Assembly (NCBI GenBank): GCA_048499955.1
Contig: JASNYX010000002.1
Span: 4,513 to 68,512, forward strand
Direction: 5' to 3'
Source: Patescibacteria group bacterium
GTDB taxonomy: Bacteria > Patescibacteriota > WWE3 > 2-01-FULL-39-13
Length of the DNA: 64,000 bases
The notes beneath the pieces were generated by a model. It ran no database searches. It was not told the origin of the DNA and saw only the letters and a program-made list of their open reading frames with translations. Below are positions 57,730 to 64,000 of this stretch, in pieces; within the stretch, counting starts at the first letter, position 1, and each line of letters begins with the position of its first letter. The position numbers were made by a program, and so were the translations under genes.

Positions 57730-60700
57730 TGTTGTTGTATTAGCATCAATGCGGTTGGGTCTTCCGGTGGATTCCCCCATTCTACTAGCTGATTTGAAAT
57801 AACTATGATCCTGTTTCTCAAACTTGCAAAGCGGCTCTGTTGATATGCCAACCGACGTGCTGGTGGTATTAACTCCAACTTTTTGTATTCAGCCAGTCTT
57901 GTGCCAAGCTCAATTTTGTAGATTTCAACACGCGATCTTGATTTAAATAATACCCAGTCCCCTGCTGAACCTTTAACGTCTAATGATAATGGGAAATCGA
58001 CTTTTGCTTCTTCGCCTTTAACAGAATAATAAATTTTATTTGGAGTTAAGAATGACAGTGCTTCATCAGGCTCGGCATCCTCAATTTTCTTTACTATATC
58101 CGGACCTGAAATCGACGATACGCGATGATCACTATAAAATAGTACAACAGCATGGCCGGCAGTGTTGTAATAAAGCTTCTTATCGGGATGATCTTCAACC
58201 GGATAGATATCATTATGAATCTCGATTAAGGCGGCTTTATCTCGATTGGCATCAGGATAATAAATCTTATCAACATTCCAAGCTAAAGTGAAAACTGATA
58301 ATACGAATATACCAATCAGTGCTACAAACCTAACAACCTTATGGTCAAGTGAAAACTCATTTTTGATAATGTTATTGGCCCAATAAAGAAATCTCTCCGA
58401 AAATCTTCCTGCAATTAAAGCTAGAAACGGATACATAGGCATTATGTACCATTGTAGTTTGTCTCTTGAATATGTGAAAAAACTGAATAAATAGACAATG
58501 ACTAACATTAAAAGCAAATACTCTTTTCTTCGATTTTTATCAATAAATGGAAGGCATACAATACCCGCAAGCAATGGGGCGAGCCATAATCTAAATGAAG
58601 TTTTTATCACAGTTAAATACCATAGAGGCGGCTGTATGTGGCCTAAACCATCTACACCACGCTTTAATACGTGTTCAAAAAAGTAATCATCCAAAAAATC
58701 ACTACCGTGCCTTATATACTGTAATATATGCCAAGGTCCCGCAATAAGTGTCGCTCCAATAATCATCACGAGCCCTAATCCGATACTTTTATAATTTTTA
58801 TTGACAACTGATAAGTAAAGAAGATATGCGATATAGGTTGGTAGTAATAACAATCCGATAATCCCCTTAGTCAAAATCCCAAAGCCTATGCTTAGTCCGA
58901 CCATGAAAGAGTAGTAGATTGAACGCCTCTTTGATATCGATATGTAGTTTTGTATAAGACGGTAGAAAAAATAAAACGATAGAAGTATAAAAAAAGTCAC
59001 AGAAACATCGAGCATACCGTTTCGGGAGTAGTAAACATACTGAATCGTCGACAGAAGCAATAAAGCTGAGAATATACCCGCAAGACGGTTATACATTTTC
59101 GCTCCGGTTCTATAAACTAGGATAACCCCACCAACCCCGGCGACAGCTGACCAAAACCTGGCAGCAAACTCGGCAAAATCACGATATCCTACAAGCTTAA
59201 ACATCAGTGCAGTCAGCCACATATAAAGCGGTGGTTTTTCAAACCAATATTTTGAAAGATTATCCCATCTTAGGGAAAGCCACTCCCCTGTCATTACCAT
59301 ATTTTTTGCTACTTTTGCATAAATAGCTTCATCTACGTCGATTAAAGCCGATGATCCAAGTTTAATGAAAGTGAAAAATACTGCAGGAGGAACAATAATA
59401 AGATACGGAGTTAAAGTTGATTTGCTCCACCATGAAAAGATATCAAGCAACTTTATATGGAAACTATTTGAAACATACACATATCCAATTCCAAGGAAAA
59501 TTGATATCCAAAAGAACTCCATATTGTACGAATAGAATATTCCGGCGGTTAAAACCGAAATTACACTTCCCAGAACTCCAATGCCCAAATACTTCATTTT
59601 ACGTTCATCTGCATTAAATACTGAGTAAATAAGCGAACTCAAAAGCAGCACAATAAATGAGGCGTAAAGCGTAACCCCAACAGCACCACTTTCTGCTAAA
59701 ACTTCTCCCCAAACGCTATGAGACGGAACTCTGGATTCTCTTAGTTTTGGCTCCCGATCAAAGTAGTCAGAAGCGGTTTCGGTTTGCCTGAAAGCATAAT
59801 CGAAAGTTCCATATCCGGAACCGATGAAGAAATTATTGTGAAAGATTTCCGCAGATGCATCAAGTAGCATAAAATGGGTATCGGTAGAATCAAGCCTATA
59901 ATGCATATATCGCGAAATTTTCGACTTAATATCCACACCTTGCACCACTGAGTAGATCAGAATCCCCAAGGATCCAAGCAAAAGTCCGGCCACGGCGAAC
60001 ATTAGCGGTTTCTTGAGTTTAGTCCAATAATATACTGCAAGACTAATTAACATTCCGACAGCGATTCCAATCCAGGCACTTCTTGATTGAGTCATGAAAA
60101 GTAACCAAGAAAGAAATCCCAGAAAACCAACATACATAAACTTTCGCTTGAGGCTTTCTGAAATAAAAATATAGCTAAAAGCTAAGGGGATTAATGTGAT
60201 CAGATATCCTCCATAGTGATTTACGTCCCAAAAGGTGGAACCTAAACGTGGAAGCACATTCGGTACAACCCATACTCCACCTATAGTTTCCCTACAGCAC
60301 ATCCTAAGATAGAACTGTATGACCGCAAATATCCCGGCAAGCAAGCCGATAAACAGATAAACATTGAGAATCGTAAAATAATTTTCTTTATTTTCCTTTA
60401 TAACGACCTTAAAAAGCAGATAGTAGTAAACGGCCAATGAATAAAACGCAAAAAGTGCAGCACTCTGAGAAAACACCTCTGAATTTACTAGAGATACACC
60501 CCTAGTTACTAAAAGCATGGCCAAAAGTACAAAGAACGGGTCTTTTATAAATTGGTCTTTTACTTTATTCCATATGACATGTTTTGGGGTCTTAATCATC
60601 CAAACAACAACGGAAGTAATCGCGTAAACTAATGTTCCAAGTAAGAAAATTCGTATCGGGAGTAAATCCCAAATTACTAAGCTAAAAAGCTCTTTGTGCA

Positions 60701-60824
60701 TCAAGGGAACAAATAAAAGGCTTGCTAAAAAGGCTCGTAAAAAACTTTTATGTGAAAGATAAACGGAAGCAGCAAGAAGTATGCCAATAGCAATAAAAGC
60801 TGTGTTGTCAGGAAATAAAATCAT
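57726..60824 (-). CDS. 1032-aa fusion membrane protein: N-terminal Wzy_C (O-antigen ligase/PglL-like) domain plus C-terminal PMT/ArnT-like GT-C glycosyltransferase domain
   Basis: N-terminal half: …LPRLGSTFWDVNHYGGY… and …MTQSRSAWIGIAVG… (Wzy_C-type). C-terminal half: DEAIYAKVAKNMVMTGEWLSL…FEKPPLYMWL… matches the DE-motif loop of the PMT_2/GT39/GT83 families. Confidence 0.7.
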   Translation of the reverse strand: MILFPDNTAFIAIGILLAASVYLSHKSFLRAFLASLLFVPLMHKELFSLVIWDLLPIRIFLLGTLVYAITSVVVWMIKTPKHVIWNKVKDQFIKDPFFVLLAMLLVTRGVSLVNSEVFSQSAALFAFYSLAVYYYLLFKVVIKENKENYFTILNVYLFIGLLAGIFAVIQFYLRMCCRETIGGVWVVPNVLPRLGSTFWDVNHYGGYLITLIPLAFSYIFISESLKRKFMYVGFLGFLSWLLFMTQSRSAWIGIAVGMLISLAVYYWTKLKKPLMFAVAGLLLGSLGILIYSVVQGVDIKSKISRYMHYRLDSTDTHFMLLDASAEIFHNNFFIGSGYGTFDYAFRQTETASDYFDREPKLRESRVPSHSVWGEVLAESGAVGVTLYASFIVLLLSSLIYSVFNADERKMKYLGIGVLGSVISVLTAGIFYSYNMEFFWISIFLGIGYVYVSNSFHIKLLDIFSWWSKSTLTPYLIIVPPAVFFTFIKLGSSALIDVDEAIYAKVAKNMVMTGEWLSLRWDNLSKYWFEKPPLYMWLTALMFKLVGYRDFAEFAARFWSAVAGVGGVILVYRTGAKMYNRLAGIFSALLLLSTIQYVYYSRNGMLDVSVTFFILLSFYFFYRLIQNYISISKRRSIYYSFMVGLSIGFGILTKGIIGLLLLPTYIAYLLYLSVVNKNYKSIGLGLVMIIGATLIAGPWHILQYIRHGSDFLDDYFFEHVLKRGVDGLGHIQPPLWYLTVIKTSFRLWLAPLLAGIVCLPFIDKNRRKEYLLLMLVIVYLFSFFTYSRDKLQWYIMPMYPFLALIAGRFSERFLYWANNIIKNEFSLDHKVVRFVALIGIFVLSVFTLAWNVDKIYYPDANRDKAALIEIHNDIYPVEDHPDKKLYYNTAGHAVVLFYSDHRVSSISGPDIVKKIEDAEPDEALSFLTPNKIYYSVKGEEAKVDFPLSLDVKGSAGDWVLFKSRSRVEIYKIELGTRLAEYKKLELIPPARRLAYQQSRFASLRNRIIVISNQLVEWGNPPEDPTALMLIQQQ

Positions 60825-62005
60825 TATTTAATAGTAAGGAGCCTGCGATAGACCTCGATTGTTTGGGAAGCAGTCTGTTCCCATCCATATTTCGAAGCAA
60901 TTTCGGCTTTATATTCACTGCTCAAAGGCTTACTTTCAGACGCATTAATTATAGCACGCTGAAGCTCTTCGACGTCCCAAGGCGAACAATAATATGCGTT
61001 ATTTCCTAGGTATTCTTTAATTCTATCTCCCGAGGCAACAACACGCATTCCGGCAACTGCGGCCTCCAGAGCCACCAAACCGGTGGTTTCAAACCAACTC
61101 GGGTGAACATAGATCCCTTGATGCGACATAGCGGAAGCAACAATATTTTGGGATCGTTGTCCAAGATAGTAGATATTAGGTGAAAATCGATCTTTTATTT
61201 TGAACCTATACTTATATTCAGGGCTTCTTTTGGTCATGTCTCCAATGAACACAAGCTTATAATTTTCCAATTCATTTCGTTTTTTTAGAGATTCGAAAGC
61301 TTTAATGAGATTTAGTTGGTTCTTTCTGGGCTCAACTCTTCCGACATTTAATATTATTGGGGTATCCGTGAAATCCTCTCCGAATTCATCCATCATGAGT
61401 TTTAGAAATTCTTTATTGTCCGATCTGCTAAAAATTTCCAAATCAACCCCATTCACTATTTTTGCCCACGGAAATTCCGGGACATTAAAATCCAGTTTAA
61501 TATCCTCTGCTTCTTTGTCGGTTTGGACAAGAACGATATCCGACATCTTAATAATTTCTCTCTGCTGATATCTGATACCCGCCAATATTTGCACCAGTGA
61601 AGGAAAAGCCTTCCCATAGTTAGTTGCGGATCTATAAATATTCTTCCACTCATCTCGTAAAGGTTGAGACGATACCGCCCAGTTATACAACCTTCTAATA
61701 TCAAAACGATAAAGATCTTCATACTCTCGTACTTCCTGAGCTGAATGATGAATTGCAGATAAAACTATCGGCTTGTTATGCTGCCTCGCCCATACAGCTT
61801 GTAAGTAAGTTTCACAGACCCAATCTAAATTAAAAAGATGAACTAAATCATAATTATCGATATCTGTAATCTTGATTTCAGGTCTAATATCAATTTTTAT
61901 TGATGGATCGATCTTCTCGATAGCTGATTTGGTATGTTCCATTTGAGAAGTATCTCCGCCTTTTGGATCATATAAATCAATTCGAGATTGGAATAAAATC
62001 TTCAT
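60824..62005 (-). CDS. Glycosyltransferase family 4
   Basis: …HPSWFETTGLVALEAAVAGMRVVASGD… (the E-x7-E GT4 motif region). Confidence 0.85.
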   Translation of the reverse strand: MKILFQSRIDLYDPKGGDTSQMEHTKSAIEKIDPSIKIDIRPEIKITDIDNYDLVHLFNLDWVCETYLQAVWARQHNKPIVLSAIHHSAQEVREYEDLYRFDIRRLYNWAVSSQPLRDEWKNIYRSATNYGKAFPSLVQILAGIRYQQREIIKMSDIVLVQTDKEAEDIKLDFNVPEFPWAKIVNGVDLEIFSRSDNKEFLKLMMDEFGEDFTDTPIILNVGRVEPRKNQLNLIKAFESLKKRNELENYKLVFIGDMTKRSPEYKYRFKIKDRFSPNIYYLGQRSQNIVASAMSHQGIYVHPSWFETTGLVALEAAVAGMRVVASGDRIKEYLGNNAYYCSPWDVEELQRAIINASESKPLSSEYKAEIASKYGWEQTASQTIEVYRRLLTIK

Positions 62006-62011
62006 AGTAAT

Positions 62012-63136
62012 TTAACTTAAATATAAACGTCGATAACCATCCCAAAAGTTTTCTAACGAATACTGAGAAGCTTGGAGAACCCCTTTACCTAGCAAAACTT
62101 GCCTGGTATTTTCATCCGACAGCAACTGTTTGAGTGTGTTTTTCAGTTCGGTGATATCCCTAACCTTAAAGTATACTGCAGCATCCCCACCCACTTCTTT
62201 CAGAACCGGAATATCTGATGCTATTACAACTCTCCCGTTCGCAAGTCCCTCTATCAAAGCAATGCCGAAACCTTCTGCATTCGTAGGGAGAACATAGTAG
62301 TCGAAAACAGATAAAATGCCTGTTTTCTGTTCTTGCGGAAACCTATCCGTAAATGCGACTCGATCAGAAATACCCAACTCGTTTACAAAATTTTTACATT
62401 TATCAAGTAATTTTCCGCCCCCTGCTAAGAAAAGAAACAACTCATTTTTGTCATCATTTATTAACCCGGCAAAAGCTCGAATTAAAATTTCATGACCTTT
62501 TTCTTCTGTAAATCTCGAAATATTACCGATGATAGTCTTGTCCTGAGGAATTCCATATATGCGTCGAATTTCAGATGCCATATTAGCATCATATTTTAAG
62601 CTTTCTAGATCTATACCATTCGGAATAACCGTGATTTTTGACTCATTAATCTTCTCGCTATTAATACGTTGCCTTTTCAATTCCTTTGTCAAAGCAATCA
62701 CTCTTGTAGCTAAAAAATTGCCCGCTATATAGTTGGCAATAAAATTCGGAACAATTGAAATATATTTCTTAAGACCGGAATGATTCCACTCTAGAAATGA
62801 CGTATGTACATGGTAAATTCTTTTTTCACAACTTGCCCACCAGGCACCAATCATAGCCAGACAGCCGGTGCGCAATTCGTGTGCGTGAATCACATCAATA
62901 TTTAAGTTCTTAATTGTTTTATAAATACCATACGAATAGGAGATATCGAATTCCGATTTGGGAAACAACTCAATATGTTTTATCGCACCATAATCAAGAT
63001 ACTCCCTTACCATCGGACCATTCGGACAGGCCACGTAAATTTCTATCTCTTCATGAAGTCCTCTAATGATATCTGAAATCTGTTGTTCTATACCGCCAAA
63101 TTCAGCGGAGTGGTAACACATCAATAATTTTTTCAT
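62012..63136 (-). CDS. Glycosyltransferase family 4
   Basis: …LPTNAEGFGIALIEGLANGRVVIASDIPVLKEVGGD… (the GT4 C-terminal domain). Confidence 0.85.
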   Translation of the reverse strand: MKKLLMCYHSAEFGGIEQQISDIIRGLHEEIEIYVACPNGPMVREYLDYGAIKHIELFPKSEFDISYSYGIYKTIKNLNIDVIHAHELRTGCLAMIGAWWASCEKRIYHVHTSFLEWNHSGLKKYISIVPNFIANYIAGNFLATRVIALTKELKRQRINSEKINESKITVIPNGIDLESLKYDANMASEIRRIYGIPQDKTIIGNISRFTEEKGHEILIRAFAGLINDDKNELFLFLAGGGKLLDKCKNFVNELGISDRVAFTDRFPQEQKTGILSVFDYYVLPTNAEGFGIALIEGLANGRVVIASDIPVLKEVGGDAAVYFKVRDITELKNTLKQLLSDENTRQVLLGKGVLQASQYSLENFWDGYRRLYLS

Positions 63137-64000
63137 TGTTCTTTCACATTTTCGAAACTTTTATTAATTAACATTAATTGTTTGTTAACTTTTCCGTCCC
63201 AACTATTTTGCGAAGCCAACTTTTTACGTGCATTTATTTTTTCTTCAGAGTTTTCCTGCAATGCCCTTTCGATATTAAAAACAAAACCGGCATCATCCTT
63301 TGAAACATATCCATCAACATCAAATCCTTCATAAGCAGGAAGGTTCGTAACTATAGTAGGTAAACCCGCAGCTAAAGCTTCAAAATATTTCACAGGGAAA
63401 CAACCTTTCACAGTATAATCATTCAAATTATAGGGTATAAAAAAAGCATCAAAATGAGCGAAATAATAGGGCATCGTTGACCAGGGTCTTAGCCCTAAAA
63501 AGTGCACGTTACTCAATTGTTTAAGTGCACTCAAATCAAGATCAGGATCTGAAACTTTCTCAGGTCCGATCAAAATGAAATGATACCTGCGATAAGTTTT
63601 TGCAACCTTCTCGATTAACTTTATATTATTCTTATAGCTATCAATTGCACCGGAAAATCCAACTCTGGGATGTGGAATATCTGAAATATCTTTCGGTTCA
63701 GATAATTTCTCGACAGGCAAATCAAAAACTTCTACTGCAGCAGCATTCGGCAAGAAATGCACATCAGGTCTCCACTGTTTAAACTTCGTCACTAAACCGG
63801 GTGCACTGGCAAATACTAGATTGGCTTTTTCAGCCAACCATTTTTCCCGGTGTAAAACCCAATCCACACCCTGCAGTCCTTTTTGATTGAAAATTATCTT
63901 TAGTTCATCATCAATCCATTGCACCCAAGATATTAATGAAGGGGTAACTTTCTTCCGTTGGGAATATTCGGGAAACGCAGTGTATTCATCTACAACGTCA
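63133..64000 (-). CDS. Glycosyltransferase (GT-B, GT4-like), partial; N-terminus lies beyond the right edge of the window
   Basis: The frame is open from the window edge. The ORF-track start at 63924 is a GTG, and upstream in-frame sequence (…YEDVVDEYTAFPEYSQRKKVTPSLISW…) has no stop. The C-terminal region FFIPYNLNDYTVKGCFPVKYFEALAAGLP is GT-B-like. Confidence 0.6.
   Translation of the reverse strand, partial: DVVDEYTAFPEYSQRKKVTPSLISWVQWIDDELKIIFNQKGLQGVDWVLHREKWLAEKANLVFASAPGLVTKFKQWRPDVHFLPNAAAVEVFDLPVEKLSEPKDISDIPHPRVGFSGAIDSYKNNIKLIEKVAKTYRRYHFILIGPEKVSDPDLDLSALKQLSNVHFLGLRPWSTMPYYFAHFDAFFIPYNLNDYTVKGCFPVKYFEALAAGLPTIVTNLPAYEGFDVDGYVSKDDAGFVFNIERALQENSEEKINARKKLASQNSWDGKVNKQLMLINKSFENVKEQ

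Noticed and set aside
1-64000. Alternative genetic code (UGA recoded as Gly/Trp, as in some Patescibacteria)
   Set aside because: TGA terminates many long, otherwise conserved ORFs at the expected positions. Examples are the pseudopilin at 469, the Wzy_C-PMT gene at 57726, and the ftsA fragments. Reading through the ftsA TGAs gives non-FtsA sequence, whereas frameshifting gives conserved FtsA sequence. Standard code 11 fits.
1-64000. CRISPR arrays, prophage or integrase modules next to the two tRNA genes
   Set aside because: No regularly spaced direct repeats were seen, and no integrase/recombinase-like ORF flanks tRNA-Thr or tRNA-Ala. The neighbouring genes are housekeeping.

Overview
This is an AT-rich, gene-dense bacterial chromosomal segment. 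Gene content and architecture resemble a small-genome Gram-positive-like or Patescibacteria/CPR-type organism, but lineage is inferred, not proven. The standard genetic code appears to be in use, because TGA terminates many intact long ORFs.

Contents, from left to right:
- A type IV pilus operon on the minus strand (1-4249): two pseudopilins, PilC, the PilB ATPase, then a major pilin followed by a hairpin terminator.
- A soluble histidine kinase and a single-domain receiver (4388-5512).
- tRNA-Thr(CGU) at 5683-5757.
- Housekeeping genes: a Wzx-like flippase, signal peptidase I, ribosomal proteins L27 and L21, an APH-family kinase, and tRNA-Ala(GGC) on the minus strand.
- ileS (11306-14173), preceded by a clear T-box riboswitch leader at 14218-14405. 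The leader has an antiterminator with a UGGUACC bulge and a competing intrinsic terminator.
- A division and cell-wall (dcw) cluster on the minus strand (15960-28086): ftsZ, ftsA (frame-disrupted), ftsQ, murG, ftsW, a divergent hypothetical+ECF-sigma operon, a MurA-like gene lacking catalytic residues, ftsI, ftsL, rsmH and mraZ.
- An IS200-like Y1 transposase gene, glyS and recO.
- From about 30.9 kb to the window end, a roughly 33-kb glycan-assembly island. It encodes a priming sugar-phosphate transferase, many GT2 and GT4 glycosyltransferases, a second flippase, an epimerase, an FkbM methyltransferase and a B12-radical-SAM enzyme with adjacent ferredoxin. It also encodes several very large GT-C-type membrane proteins, two of them tandem paralogs carrying O-antigen-ligase (Wzy_C) motifs, and one fused to a PMT/ArnT-like domain.

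Most notable observations: the ileS T-box; the Wzy_C-PMT fusion proteins, which suggest a protein-glycosylation machine possibly linked to the nearby pilus; the radical-SAM/ferredoxin pair inside the glycan island; and three genes with internal frame disruptions (ftsA, a DUF218/YdcF-like gene, and possibly one more).
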